From: Actinomycetota bacterium
Lineage (GTDB): Bacteria > Actinomycetota > Actinomycetes > S36-B12 > UBA10799
DNA: 64,000 bases
Direction of reading: 5' to 3'
NCBI GenBank assembly: GCA_020636995.1
Contig: JACJWU010000001.1
Span: forward strand, 136,494-200,493
The translations under genes were made by a program, and so were the position numbers. Below, piece by piece: positions 1 through 9,853 of the stretch; the stretch's first letter is position 1, and every line of letters starts with the position of its first letter. The notes beneath the pieces were generated by a model. It worked only from the letters and a program-made list of their open reading frames with translations. It had not been told where the DNA came from and ran no database searches.

Positions 1-2
1 TC

Positions 3-569
3 TGGATCTGGCTGCTGATCACAGCCTCCACCAACGCCGTGAACCTGACCGACGGTCTCGACGGGTTGGCGGCCGGGGCCAGTGCGATCACGTTCATGGC
101 GTACACACTGCTCGGCGTCTGGCAGTACGGACAGAACTGCTCTTTCGGGCGTTTCGTCCGCTGCTACGACGTACGGGATCCGCTGGATCTGGCGGTGGTT
201 GCCGCCGCGATGGCTGGGGCGTGCGTCGGATTCCTGTGGTGGAACGCCTCACCGGCTCAGATCTTCATGGGGGATACCGGCTCGCTGGGGCTCGGCGGTG
301 GGATCGCGGCGCTCGCCATCCTCAGCCGCACCGAATTGCTGCTGCCGCTCATGGGTGGGCTGTTCCTGATCATCACCTTGTCCGTGATCGGCCAGGTCGG
401 CAGCTTCAAACTGACGGGCAAACGGATGTTCCGGATGGCTCCGCTGCATCACCACTTCGAGATGAAGGGTTGGGGTGAAGTGACGATCGTGGTGCGTTTC
501 TGGATCGTGCAGGCCCTGTTCGTCGCCGCAGCACTGTCGCTGTTCTACGCCGAGTGGGTGCGGTTGTGA
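3..569 (+). CDS. mraY: phospho-N-acetylmuramoyl-pentapeptide transferase MraY, C-terminal part (5' end is outside the window)
   Basis: The frame is open from the window edge. The translation contains [13 protein letters not shown] and [13 protein letters not shown], typical of MraY. murD follows, as in dcw clusters. Confidence 0.9.
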   Translation, partial: WIWLLITASTNAVNLTDGLDGLAAGASAITFMAYTLLGVWQYGQNCSFGRFVRCYDVRDPLDLAVVAAAMAGACVGFLWWNASPAQIFMGDTGSLGLGGGIAALAILSRTELLLPLMGGLFLIITLSVIGQVGSFKLTGKRMFRMAPLHHHFEMKGWGEVTIVVRFWIVQALFVAAALSLFYAEWVRL

Positions 570-1990
570 GCGCGCTCCCGCAGCCCGGTCAACAGTCGTG
601 GCGCGGACTGCGCGTCGTCGTCGCGGGGTTGGGGATCGCCGGCTTCGCGTGCGCCGATGCGCTGCTGCAACGCGAGGCGGAGGTCATCGTGGTCGACGAC
701 AACGATGGGCCCCAGCAGCAGAACAAGGCGCAGATCCTGGACGTGCTCGGTGCGACCGTGCGGCTCGGGGACGGTCACAGCCTGCCCGATGCCGATCTGC
801 TCGTGGTGTCGCCGGGCCTGCCGCCCAGCGCTCCGGTGACCCGGGCGGCACTCACTGCCGGGATGCCCGTGTGGGGTGAACTCGAGTTGGCCTGGCGGGT
901 GCGCGACCCCGAAGGCGCGCCGTGGCTGTTCGTCACGGGCACCAACGGGAAGACGACGACCACCTTGATGCTGGCCTCCATGTTCCGGGCCGCGGGACTG
1001 CGCACGGACGCGGTCGGGAACATCGGGGTGAGTCTGGTCTCGGCGGTGCTCGATCCCGAACCCCACGATGTGCTGGCTGTGGAGGTGGGCGCGCCGCAGC
1101 TGCCGTTCGTGCACACGGTGTCGCCGTATGCGGCGGCCTGCCTGAACCTGGCGGAGGATCACGTCGACTTCTTCGGGTCGTTCGAGGAGTACCGATCGGC
1201 CAAGGCCCGTGTCTATGAGCGCACGCAGGTCGCGTGTGTGTACAACGCCGAGGACCAGCAGACGATCCGGATGGTCGAGCAGGCCGAGGTGGTCGAGGGG
1301 TGCCGCGCCATCGGGTTCACTCTCGGCATCCCTGGCCGGTCCGAGGTGGGCGTGGTCGATGACATCCTCGCGGACCGAGCGTTCCTGGAGGAGCGTGGGA
1401 CGCACGCGCTGGAGTTGGCCACCCTCGCAGATGTCCGGCCGCCGGTGCCCCACCAGGTGGCCAACGCGCTGGCAGCAGCTGCTCTGGCGCGCTCCTACGG
1501 CGTCGACCCTCGGCATGTGCGTGACGGACTACGGCGGTTCGAGCCCGCGGGGCATCGCATCGCGGAGGTGGGACGGGTCGCAGATGTGCTCTACATCGAC
1601 GATTCGAAAGCCACGAACGCCCACGCCGCGGACATGTCCCTGCGCGCCTACGACCCCGTCGTCTGGATCGCCGGAGGCCTGGCGAAGGGACAGACGTTCG
1701 ACGATCTGGTCCAGCGACACGCCGCGCGACTGCGGGCCGTTGTGCTGCTCGGCGCCGATCGCGGGATCATCCTGGACGCCCTGCGGCGACACGCCCCGGA
1801 TGTTCCCGTGGAAGAGGTGACCGACACCGAGACTGGTGCAATGCAGCAAGTGGTGAATCGCGCAGCGGCTATGGCACAGCCCGGTGACACCGTGCTGCTG
1901 GCCCCCGGCTGTGCGTCGTGGGACATGTTCACCGACTACGCCCAGCGCGGGCGTGCCTTCGCGACAGCGGTGGCAGACCTGGAGTCCTGA
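554..1990 (+). CDS. murD: UDP-N-acetylmuramoylalanine--D-glutamate ligase MurD
   Basis: 478-aa ORF with an N-terminal Rossmann GLGIAG and the Mur-ligase P-loop GTNGKTTT. It lies between mraY and ftsW. The start is GTG 554 or the in-frame GTG 566, which makes a GTGA overlap with the mraY stop. Confidence 0.9.
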   Translation: MGAVVSALPQPGQQSWRGLRVVVAGLGIAGFACADALLQREAEVIVVDDNDGPQQQNKAQILDVLGATVRLGDGHSLPDADLLVVSPGLPPSAPVTRAALTAGMPVWGELELAWRVRDPEGAPWLFVTGTNGKTTTTLMLASMFRAAGLRTDAVGNIGVSLVSAVLDPEPHDVLAVEVGAPQLPFVHTVSPYAAACLNLAEDHVDFFGSFEEYRSAKARVYERTQVACVYNAEDQQTIRMVEQAEVVEGCRAIGFTLGIPGRSEVGVVDDILADRAFLEERGTHALELATLADVRPPVPHQVANALAAAALARSYGVDPRHVRDGLRRFEPAGHRIAEVGRVADVLYIDDSKATNAHAADMSLRAYDPVVWIAGGLAKGQTFDDLVQRHAARLRAVVLLGADRGIILDALRRHAPDVPVEEVTDTETGAMQQVVNRAAAMAQPGDTVLLAPGCASWDMFTDYAQRGRAFATAVADLES

Positions 1991-3261
1991 TGTCGAGCAC
2001 GAACCGCACGTCGACCGCACCGCGCGCGACGGCCCCCCAGACCGGCCCGTGGCACCTGGTGCCGGGCGGGGAGACTCTGCGGCGGTGGTGGAACCATCCG
2101 TTGGCCAACTACGCGCTGCTGTTGAGCACAACCATGCTGCTGCTGGTGCTCGGGATCGTCATGGTGTTCTCGGCCAGCAACGTCGTCACGTACGCCGCGG
2201 GTGAGGATGTCGGCCTGACGGTCACCCAGAAGCAGCTGATGTTCGCCGGTGCCGGTTTGACGGCGATGGTGCTGATCTCACGCGCCTCAGTCCCGGCGAT
2301 CCGGCGCAGCGCCCCGATCCTGCTCGTGTTGGCCTTCGTGGGTCTGTTGTTGGTCTTCGTCCCCGGTATCGGGGTCTCGGTCTTCGGGCAGCGCAACTGG
2401 ATCAGTTTCGGTGGGCCTTTTCAGTTCCAGCCCAGCGAACTGGCCAAGTTGGCCGTCATCCTCTGGGGAGCCGACCTACTGACACGCAAGCGACGCATGG
2501 TGCACGAGTGGCGGCATCTGCTCGTCCCGCTGGTCCCGGTCTGGGGCGCGATCGTGGTGCTCATCGTGCTCGAGGGCGACCTCGGCACAACCATCGTCAT
2601 GTTCCCGATCCTGGCCAGTCTGCTGTTCGTGATCGGCGCTCCGGCCAGGGTCTTCGCCGCTGCCTTCGGGGGGCTGCTCGCGCTGGTCGCCCTGGCCTCG
2701 GTGACCGTCGCCTACCGCATGCAGCGGTTCCGGACGTGGCTGGATCCGGCCTCCGACCCCAGCGGTGCGGGCTATCAGGTCATCCACGGTCAGTACGGAC
2801 TGTCGACCGGGGGACTGTTCGGCACCGGTCTGGGAGCCAGCCGGGAGAAGTGGGGCGGCCTGCCCGAGGCGCACACCGACTTCATCTTCGCTGTCATCGG
2901 CGAGGAACTCGGACTGATCGGCACGGTGAGTGTCCTGGCGATGTTCGCCATCATCGCCATCGTGGCGATCCGCGTTGCCCGCAACACCGACGACCTCTTC
3001 GTCAAGCTCGCCACGGGCGGTATCCTCGCCTGGATCGTCGGACAGGCTTTGATCAACATCGGCGCCGTGCTCGGACTGCTCCCGATCACGGGGCTGCCAC
3101 TGCCGATGGTGTCCTACGGCGGGTCGTCACTTCTGATGTGTCTGTGTGCGATCGGTGTGTTGCTGGCGTTCGCCCGCGCGGAGCCGACCGCCGCCACAGC
3201 GCTGCGGTCGCGGCGCGGCGACTCACGCACGCGGCTGCTGCGGCGACGGGGTCACCACTGA
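1990..3261 (+). CDS. ftsW: SEDS-family peptidoglycan polymerase / cell division protein FtsW
   Basis: ATG 1990 overlaps the murD stop (TGATG). It is a polytopic membrane protein with FQPSELAKL and PLPMVSYGGSS motifs, in the dcw position. The track ORF start at 1918 is probably too early. Confidence 0.88.
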   Translation: MSSTNRTSTAPRATAPQTGPWHLVPGGETLRRWWNHPLANYALLLSTTMLLLVLGIVMVFSASNVVTYAAGEDVGLTVTQKQLMFAGAGLTAMVLISRASVPAIRRSAPILLVLAFVGLLLVFVPGIGVSVFGQRNWISFGGPFQFQPSELAKLAVILWGADLLTRKRRMVHEWRHLLVPLVPVWGAIVVLIVLEGDLGTTIVMFPILASLLFVIGAPARVFAAAFGGLLALVALASVTVAYRMQRFRTWLDPASDPSGAGYQVIHGQYGLSTGGLFGTGLGASREKWGGLPEAHTDFIFAVIGEELGLIGTVSVLAMFAIIAIVAIRVARNTDDLFVKLATGGILAWIVGQALINIGAVLGLLPITGLPLPMVSYGGSSLLMCLCAIGVLLAFARAEPTAATALRSRRGDSRTRLLRRRGHH

Positions 3262-3275
3262 GCCGGCCGCTGCGG

Positions 3276-4352
3276 GTGGTGGTGGCCGGGGGCGGGACCG
3301 CCGGCCATGTGGAACCCGCGCTCAACCTCGCCGACGCGGTGGTGCGTGCCGCTCCGGATGCGGTGGTGACGGCGATCGGCACGGCCGAGGGGCTGGAAAC
3401 CCGGCTCGTTCCGGCGCGCGGCTACGAACTGGATCTCATCGAGCGGGTACCTCTGCCGCGACGGCCGTCGAAGGAGTTGCTGACGCTGCCGGGCCGGTTA
3501 CGGGGCGCGGTCCGGCGCAGCCGCGAGATCCTTGCGAAGCGGGAGGCGGATGTCCTGGTGGGCTTCGGCGGCTTCGTGTCCTTGCCCGCCTACCTCGCCG
3601 CTCGCGGCCGGGTGCCGATCGTGATCCATGAGGCGAACGCCAAAGCGGGCCTGGCGAACAAGGTCGGACGCAGGTTCACCCCGTTCCTCGCCGAGGCGAC
3701 CGCCGGCAGCCTGCCCGGTGCCATCCGCATCGGGATCCCGCTGCGCGACACGATCGCGCACCTGGACCGTGGCGCCCGTCGTCGCGAAGCCTGCGAACGG
3801 TGGGGCCTCGACCCGGATCGACCGTGTCTGCTGGTGTTCGGTGGATCGCAGGGCGCTCGCTCACTCAATGCGGCCGCGGTCGCGGCCGCGCCGGCGCTGA
3901 TCGATGCCGGCGTGCAGGTTCTGCACGGTTACGGCGCCAAGAACGCCGACCAGGTGACCGCAGTGGTGGACCTGCCCGGGTATCGCGCGATCGACTACAT
4001 CGACGGGATGGACGATGCGTATGCGGCCGCGGACATGGCCGTCTGCCGGGCTGGAGCGATGACCTGTGCCGAGTTGGCGGCCGTGGGTCTTCCTGCCCTG
4101 TACGTGCCGCTGCCGATCGGCAACGGCGAGCAGCGTTACAACGCGGTCCCCGTGGTGTCCGCCGACGGTGGTTTCCTCATCGACGACGCGCGCCTGAACG
4201 GCGACACGCTGGCCGGGGCTGTGATCCCTGTGATCACTTCGGAGGGCAGACTTGAGGAGATGTCGCGGAACGCCGCCGAACACGGCGTGCGGGATGCGGC
4301 GGCCCGTCTCGCGGACATGGTGTTCGCGGCGGCCGCGAAGGGTGAGAAGTGA
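3276..4352 (+). CDS. murG: UDP-N-acetylglucosamine--N-acetylmuramyl-(pentapeptide) pyrophosphoryl-undecaprenol GlcNAc transferase MurG
   Basis: Contains the AGGGTAGHVEPAL and VFGGSQGARSLN glycosyltransferase-28 motifs. The start is uncertain: GTG 3276 is the first canonical start after the ftsW stop, and the track ORF (from 2508) is an overlap artefact. Confidence 0.85.
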   Translation: MVVAGGGTAGHVEPALNLADAVVRAAPDAVVTAIGTAEGLETRLVPARGYELDLIERVPLPRRPSKELLTLPGRLRGAVRRSREILAKREADVLVGFGGFVSLPAYLAARGRVPIVIHEANAKAGLANKVGRRFTPFLAEATAGSLPGAIRIGIPLRDTIAHLDRGARRREACERWGLDPDRPCLLVFGGSQGARSLNAAAVAAAPALIDAGVQVLHGYGAKNADQVTAVVDLPGYRAIDYIDGMDDAYAAADMAVCRAGAMTCAELAAVGLPALYVPLPIGNGEQRYNAVPVVSADGGFLIDDARLNGDTLAGAVIPVITSEGRLEEMSRNAAEHGVRDAAARLADMVFAAAAKGEK

Positions 4353-5770
4353 ACGAACAGCCTGAACTCAGTGTGATCCCGGATTCTGTGCACATCCTGG
4401 GCATCGGCGGGGCGGGGATGAGCGCCTTGGCCCGACTGCTGTTGGCGAAGGGGGTGCGCGTCACCGGCTCGGATGCGAAGGACTCGCGCCGGCTCGAGGC
4501 GCTGCAGGCTCTCGGTGCCGAATGCACAGTCGGCCACGATCCGGCCAACGTCGGCGACGTCGGCGCGGTCGTGGTGTCGACCGCCATCGCGGAGAGCAAC
4601 GTCGAACTGCGCGCCGCTCGGGACCGTGGCATCCCCGTGCTGCATCGCTCGGTGGCTCTCGCGATGACTATGGCGGGCACGAAGGTGCTTGCGGTGGCCG
4701 GCACGCACGGCAAGACGACAACGACCTCGATACTCACCGTCATCCTGCAGGCGTGCGGTCAGGACCCCTCCTTCGCGATCGGTAGCGAACTCAACGACTC
4801 GGGTTCCAACGCTCACCTGGGCACCGGAGAGACCTTCGTGGTCGAGGCGGATGAGAGCGACGGATCCTTCCTGCGTCTGGATGCCCGGGTCGGGATCATC
4901 ACCAACATCGAGCCGGATCACCTGAACTACTGGGGTACCGCCGAGGCGATGACCGCGGGCTTCTACGACTTCGCCGCCGCTATCGGTGAGCGGGGTGGAT
5001 ATGTCGTGATCTGTCAGGACGATCCGGGGGCAGCTGCTCTGGCACAAGCCGTCCGGGAGGCCGGTGTGGATGTGCGAACGTACGGTACGTCGGCGGACAG
5101 TGACTACCGGATCGAGGTCGCGGAATCGACCGCCGACGGTTCACAGTTCGTGGTCAGGGGACCTCACCTCGAGCCCGTACCCTGCCGGATCTCCGTGGCC
5201 GGCCTGCACAACGTGCTCAACGCAGCGGCAGCCATGGTGGCTGCTGCCGGGCTCGGGCTGCCGGCGGAACAGATCGCCGACGGTGTCGGACAGTTCGTCG
5301 GGACGCGCCGACGCTTCGAGTTCCGCGGAGACGTCGCCGGCGTCCGGGTGTTCGACGACTACGCCCATCACCCCACGGAGATCGCGGCCACGCTCAGCGC
5401 CGCCCGGGAAGTCGTGGGATCGGGCCGGATCAGGGTCGCCTTCCAGGCCCACCACTACTACCGGACAGCCATGTATCTCACCGCGTTCGGGCAGGCGCTC
5501 GGCCTGGCCGACTACGTGGTGGTGCTCGAGGTGTTCGCGCCGGGGGAGGAACCCATTCCTGGTGCCAGTGGCCAAGGGATGGCTGAGGCGGTGCCGCTAC
5601 CGGAGGGTGCCGTCGTGTTCGAGCCGTCGTGGTCTGCCGTGGCAGGGCATCTGGTGTCCGGCGCGGAGCCCGGCGACATCATCATGACTCTCGGTGCGGG
5701 CGATATCAGTCTGCTCATCGGCGAGGTGCTCGAGTTGCTGTCCCGCAAGGCCGACGAGGTGGGGTGGTGA
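4349..5770 (+). CDS. murC: UDP-N-acetylmuramate--L-alanine ligase MurC
   Basis: The GTG start overlaps the murG stop (GTGA). Contains the GIGGAGMSALA and GTHGKTTTTS motifs. Confidence 0.92.
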   Translation: MNEQPELSVIPDSVHILGIGGAGMSALARLLLAKGVRVTGSDAKDSRRLEALQALGAECTVGHDPANVGDVGAVVVSTAIAESNVELRAARDRGIPVLHRSVALAMTMAGTKVLAVAGTHGKTTTTSILTVILQACGQDPSFAIGSELNDSGSNAHLGTGETFVVEADESDGSFLRLDARVGIITNIEPDHLNYWGTAEAMTAGFYDFAAAIGERGGYVVICQDDPGAAALAQAVREAGVDVRTYGTSADSDYRIEVAESTADGSQFVVRGPHLEPVPCRISVAGLHNVLNAAAAMVAAAGLGLPAEQIADGVGQFVGTRRRFEFRGDVAGVRVFDDYAHHPTEIAATLSAAREVVGSGRIRVAFQAHHYYRTAMYLTAFGQALGLADYVVVLEVFAPGEEPIPGASGQGMAEAVPLPEGAVVFEPSWSAVAGHLVSGAEPGDIIMTLGAGDISLLIGEVLELLSRKADEVGW

Positions 5771-6642
5771 CGATCACGCAACCGCCGCAGGAACGCACTG
5801 CGCAGACCAAGCAGACCAAGAGGTCGCACCGCCGCCGGGTGTTCCTGGCCGTGGGCGGGCTGGTGACTGTGGCTGGCGCCGCCATCTATGCGGCGGGCTG
5901 GACCGGGCTCATGGGAGTCAATGCCATCGAGGTCGAGGGGGCCGGCAGCATCCCCGTGGAAGAACTTGTGGCCGTCGCCGGTATCCCCGAAGGCACCCCG
6001 ATGATGCGCGTCGATGTGCGGGCTGCCACCGCACGACTCGCGGACCTGCCACAACTGTCGTCGGTGGACGTACGCCGGCAATGGCCCCGCACCGTGGTGC
6101 TGTCGGTGTCCGAGCGTGAAGCGGTCGCCGTCCAGAAGGCCGATGGGGGCTGGGAGCTGTTGGACGACAGGGGAGCGCCGTTCGCCGTGGTGTCCGACAA
6201 GCCGAAGGATCTGCCGACGGTGGCCAGATCCGCCGATGAGGCCACGAATACCGCGATGCTGGCGGCACTGGCCGAAATGTCGCCCGAGGTGCGCGGCAGG
6301 GTCGCGCAGATCTCCGCCGCCTCGCCGAACGCGATCCGGCTGACCTTGCGCAAGAGCGATGCGGTGGTCAACTGGGGATCGGCGGAGCAGTCGGAGTACA
6401 AATCCGCGGTGCTGGCGGTTCTGCTGGAGGTGGACGCCGGCTGGTTCGATGTGTCGAACCCCGACACCCCGACATCTGCCGATGCGGAACCCAAGCCGGC
6501 GAGTCCGTCCCCGTCGGCCAGCGACGAGCCGGCTGCCGACGGCGAGCCCACGAGCCCGGCCACGCCGACCGTCGAACCGACCCCCGAGCCGACCCCGGCC
6601 GCGGCCGAGTCGCCGGTCGGCGTCGTTCCCCAGAGCGGTTGA
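5767..6642 (+). CDS. ftsQ: cell division protein FtsQ (single TM, POTRA-like region, Pro/Thr/Glu-rich tail)
   Basis: The GTG start overlaps the murC stop (GTGA). It has a basic N-terminus, one hydrophobic helix (VFLAVGGLVTVAGAAIYAAGW) and sits after murC. The C-terminal ~60 aa are low-complexity (P/T/E/A). Confidence 0.8.
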   Translation: MTITQPPQERTAQTKQTKRSHRRRVFLAVGGLVTVAGAAIYAAGWTGLMGVNAIEVEGAGSIPVEELVAVAGIPEGTPMMRVDVRAATARLADLPQLSSVDVRRQWPRTVVLSVSEREAVAVQKADGGWELLDDRGAPFAVVSDKPKDLPTVARSADEATNTAMLAALAEMSPEVRGRVAQISAASPNAIRLTLRKSDAVVNWGSAEQSEYKSAVLAVLLEVDAGWFDVSNPDTPTSADAEPKPASPSPSASDEPAADGEPTSPATPTVEPTPEPTPAAAESPVGVVPQSG

Positions 6643-6648
6643 GCGTCC

Positions 6649-8136
6649 TCAGGCGGGATGATCGGAGTGCGGTGGTCGCCCCGCCGTCTCGCCCGGCTTC
6701 ACCACCACGAATTGACCCATCACACCGATGTCCTCGTGGAGCAGCAGGTGGCAGTGGAACATGTAGGGCCAGTTGCGATCCGTGTACTGGGTGAACTCGA
6801 CCAGCAGCCTCACGGTCGACAACGGCGGGACGTAGACGGTGTCCTTGAGCCCCGCAAAGGCAGGATCGGGAGGCTGGCCCCCGCGTGAGAGGACCCGGAA
6901 CTGCACGTTGTGCACATGGAAGTTGTGAGGCTGTCGGTCCTGGTTGGTGACCTCCCACACCTCGGGCGTGCCGACCGGAACGGCGAAGTCGATGCGTGCC
7001 ATCTGCATGGGCCGGCCGTTGATCGCCCGTCCCTGGACCCGGAACGTGCGGGTCGTCGTGGCACTGGCAGGATCGGCCGCCGGCAGGGTGCTGAGGGTGC
7101 GGGCCAGGGGTGGGGAGCCGGCGAGTGTGTCCGCTGCCCGCAATTGGAGGACGTCGAACGTGCCGGGGCTGTACCGTGCGTCGTCGCCGGTGCCCAATGT
7201 CGGAGGCGTGCTGTTGAGCGAAACCGTCTCACCGGGGTCGAGACGAACGACGATCTCCGCACGCTCACCGGGTGACAACTGGACACGTTGCGATGTCACG
7301 GGCTGCGGGAGCAGGCCCCCATCCGAGGCAACGATGTCGAACGCGCGGTCGTCGCTGAATCCGAAGTTGTACACACGGGCGTTCGAGGCGTTGAGCAGTC
7401 GCATCCGTACGGCCTCGGTGGTGACTGGAAGGTAGGTTCCGATCTTGCCGTTGGTCACAATCGTGTCCCCGAGGAACCCGGTGGACGGTCCGCCGGCAGG
7501 TTCCGGGTCGACGACCAACTGGCCATCAGGAGTGAAACTCTTGTCCTGGACGATGACTGGGATGTCATCGACTCCGTACTGATCGGGAAGCCCCACGTCG
7601 GGAGCCTCGGGATCATCGATGAGCAGCATCCCCGCCAGACCGCGGTAGACCTGCTGGGCGGTCTGGCCGTGCGGGTGCGAGTGGTACCACAGCGTGCCTG
7701 CCGCTTGGTTCACGGTCCACGTGGGCCGCCAGGTGTCGCCTGGCTCGATCATCGAATGCGGGCCACCGTCGGACTTCGCCGGCACGTGCAGTCCGTGCCA
7801 GTGCAGGGTCGTCATCTCGTCGAGGGCGTTGGTGACCTCGGCTCGGATGTCGTCGCCGTTGCGCAGCCGGATCGTCGGGCCCAGGTAGGAACCGTTCAGG
7901 CCGATGGTGTCCGCTGGGCCGCCCTCCTGTCCGAAGTCCGTACGACCTGGCGCCGCCCGTAGGGCCACGACTGTGCGCCCGTCGTCCCGGATCGTCTCGG
8001 CCACGGGCGGGATCGGCAGTTGCGAGCGCACCTCCTGCGGCGCGATCGTGTTCGGGGCGCCACCAGGGGAACTGCACGCTGCGAGCAACAGGGCTATCGC
8101 GGCTGCCCACCGACCCGATCTCTGCAATGCCGTCAC
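6649..8136 (-). CDS. multicopper oxidase, predicted lipoprotein
   Basis: All four copper-ligand motifs are present: HWHGLHVP, WYHSHPHG, HNFHVHNVQF and HCHLLLHEDIGVMGQF. The N-terminus VTALQRSGRWAAAIALLLAAC carries a lipobox (LAAC). The chosen start is GTG 8136, residue 80 of the 574-aa track ORF; the longer N-terminus is unlikely. Confidence 0.85.
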   Translation of the reverse strand: MTALQRSGRWAAAIALLLAACSSPGGAPNTIAPQEVRSQLPIPPVAETIRDDGRTVVALRAAPGRTDFGQEGGPADTIGLNGSYLGPTIRLRNGDDIRAEVTNALDEMTTLHWHGLHVPAKSDGGPHSMIEPGDTWRPTWTVNQAAGTLWYHSHPHGQTAQQVYRGLAGMLLIDDPEAPDVGLPDQYGVDDIPVIVQDKSFTPDGQLVVDPEPAGGPSTGFLGDTIVTNGKIGTYLPVTTEAVRMRLLNASNARVYNFGFSDDRAFDIVASDGGLLPQPVTSQRVQLSPGERAEIVVRLDPGETVSLNSTPPTLGTGDDARYSPGTFDVLQLRAADTLAGSPPLARTLSTLPAADPASATTTRTFRVQGRAINGRPMQMARIDFAVPVGTPEVWEVTNQDRQPHNFHVHNVQFRVLSRGGQPPDPAFAGLKDTVYVPPLSTVRLLVEFTQYTDRNWPYMFHCHLLLHEDIGVMGQFVVVKPGETAGRPPHSDHPA

Positions 8137-8533
8137 CTCCGCTGGCCATTGTGGCCCACGGGCGGGGCCCCGGAGTCCACCGGCAGGCGTTCGACGCGGG
8201 AATGGCTGCACCGTGCACAGCAACAACTGGGGCAACGACCAACAAACCACCGCTGCTCCCCGTATCTCCTGCACACAGGCGAACGCGTCGGCCACCCCGG
8301 GTCCTCCGGGCCCACAGTGTTGCTGCGGTGGAGACACCCGGGTGACCCCCTGCGTCCTTCCCCTCAACCTCACGCAGAGGGTGAGGGATGCCCCGATTCA
8401 GCGTCGAATACGTGGAGCGAACCGGTGAATCCGCGAGAATCTCGGAAAAAATGTCCGCCACTTTGCCACAAAGGCTTGCACCGGACCGCACCCGTACTAG
8501 TCTCCTTCTCAGAGCCCTCGTCGGGGGGTCTGA

Positions 8534-8554
8534 TGAACCTCAACTTGAGGTTCA
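8534..8554. promoter_or_regulatory. perfect 21-nt palindrome TGAACCTCAA-C-TTGAGGTTCA in the ftsZ upstream region
   Basis: Read directly: 10-bp arms around a single central base, 145 nt upstream of the ftsZ start. Confidence 0.5.
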
Positions 8555-8649
8555 CGGCGGTCGGCGAGGCTACTTCCCCCACCGGTCTGTGAGGACCGGA
8601 ACGTACCAGTGCATGGTTACAGTTCGCTGTGCTGCGCGCTGTCGGGTTG

Positions 8650-8664
8650 ACCTCAACCTGAGGT
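8650..8664. promoter_or_regulatory. second copy of the palindrome core, ACCTCAACCTGAGGT
   Basis: 14/15 identical to 8537-8551 (ACCTCAACTTGAGGT). It lies 35 nt upstream of the ftsZ GTG and just before the AGGAAAGGA Shine-Dalgarno. Confidence 0.45.
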
Positions 8665-8698
8665 GGAACCTCCGAACGGACTTAGGAAAGGATCTCTG

Positions 8699-9853
8699 GT
8701 GGCCGCTCCCCAGAACTACCTCGCAGTGATCAAAGTTGTCGGTATCGGCGGGGGCGGCGTCAACGCCGTGAACCGCATGATCGAGTTCGGCCTCAAGGGT
8801 GTCGAGTTCATCGCGGTGAACACCGACGCTCAGGCCCTGCTCATGTCGGACGCCGATGTCAAGCTCGACATCGGCCGCGAGCTCACCCGTGGACTCGGTG
8901 CCGGCGCGGATCCCGAGGTGGGCCGCAAAGCCGCTGAGGACCACGCCGAGGAGATCGCCGAGGTGCTGCGCGGCGCTGACATGGTGTTCGTGACCGCGGG
9001 CGAAGGCGGTGGCACCGGTACCGGCGGCGCGCCGGTCGTGGCACGGATCGCCAAGGAACTCGGTGCCCTGACCATCGGTGTGGTGACCCGGCCGTTCCAG
9101 TTCGAGGGTCGGCGTCGCGCCACCCAGGCCGAGAGCGGGATCGACGGACTCCGGGAAGAAGTCGACACGCTGATCGTGATCCCCAACGACCGTTTGCTCG
9201 CGCTGGCCGACCGCACGATCTCAATGATCGACGCCTTCAAGCAGGCCGACCAGGTCCTGCTGCAGGGTGTGTCCGGGATCACCGACCTGATCACCACCCC
9301 CGGTCTGATCAACCTCGACTTCGCCGACGTGAAGAGCGTCATGCAGGGTGCTGGCTCGGCCCTCATGGGTATCGGTTCGGCGCGCGGTGAGGAACGGGCG
9401 CAGGTCGCCGCGGAGATGGCGATCTCATCGCCGCTGCTCGAAGCGAGCATCGAGGGCGCCCACGGCGTCCTGCTGAGCGTGGCGGGCGGGGCGGACCTCG
9501 GACTGCACGAGATCACCGAGGCCGCACGTCTGGTCTCCGATGCCGCCCATCCGGAGGCGAACATCATCTTCGGCACCGTCATCGACGACACCCTTGGCGA
9601 TGAGGTCCGGGTGACCGTGATCGCCGCCGGCTTCGACGGCGGCGCACCGTTGCCGCGGCTGACCACCCCGGCCCGTGCCGGAGCCACCGAGGGCTTCGTG
9701 ACGGACGCTAACCCGACGCGGGATGCGATCGACTTGTCGAGCCGGTCCGAGGAGGTCGGGCGGCCACTGGCACCGGCCACCCGGGCCGTGTCCTTCGAGG
9801 ACACCCCTGCCAAGGACGCCGACGACCTCGACGTCCCCGATTTCCTGAAGTGA
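8699..9853 (+). CDS. ftsZ: cell division GTPase FtsZ
   Basis: Contains the [13 protein letters not shown] and [13 protein letters not shown] tubulin-signature motifs. GTG 8699 gives the usual [16 protein letters not shown]-terminus and is preceded by AGGAAAGGA. Confidence 0.95.
   Translation: MAAPQNYLAVIKVVGIGGGGVNAVNRMIEFGLKGVEFIAVNTDAQALLMSDADVKLDIGRELTRGLGAGADPEVGRKAAEDHAEEIAEVLRGADMVFVTAGEGGGTGTGGAPVVARIAKELGALTIGVVTRPFQFEGRRRATQAESGIDGLREEVDTLIVIPNDRLLALADRTISMIDAFKQADQVLLQGVSGITDLITTPGLINLDFADVKSVMQGAGSALMGIGSARGEERAQVAAEMAISSPLLEASIEGAHGVLLSVAGGADLGLHEITEAARLVSDAAHPEANIIFGTVIDDTLGDEVRVTVIAAGFDGGAPLPRLTTPARAGATEGFVTDANPTRDAIDLSSRSEEVGRPLAPATRAVSFEDTPAKDADDLDVPDFLK

Noticed and set aside
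2508-3275. Long N-terminal extension of murG suggested by the 614-aa track ORF
   Set aside because: The extension lies inside ftsW in another frame and reads as Arg/Gly/Pro-rich nonsense. MurG homology starts at ...VVVAGGGTAGH.
8050-8136. Tat (twin-arginine) signal on the multicopper oxidase, as in CueO/FtsP
   Set aside because: The N-terminus has RSGRW but no RR-x-F-L-K pattern. The lipobox LLAAC argues for a Sec/Lsp lipoprotein signal. The longer N-terminus in the track ORF is not signal-like.
8388-8729. 113-aa plus-strand ORF in the ftsZ upstream region (and other ORFs at 8020-8592, 8370-8582)
   Set aside because: It runs into and out of frame with ftsZ, has no Shine-Dalgarno, and its composition is not protein-like. 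The region is better explained as ftsZ/MCO regulatory DNA.
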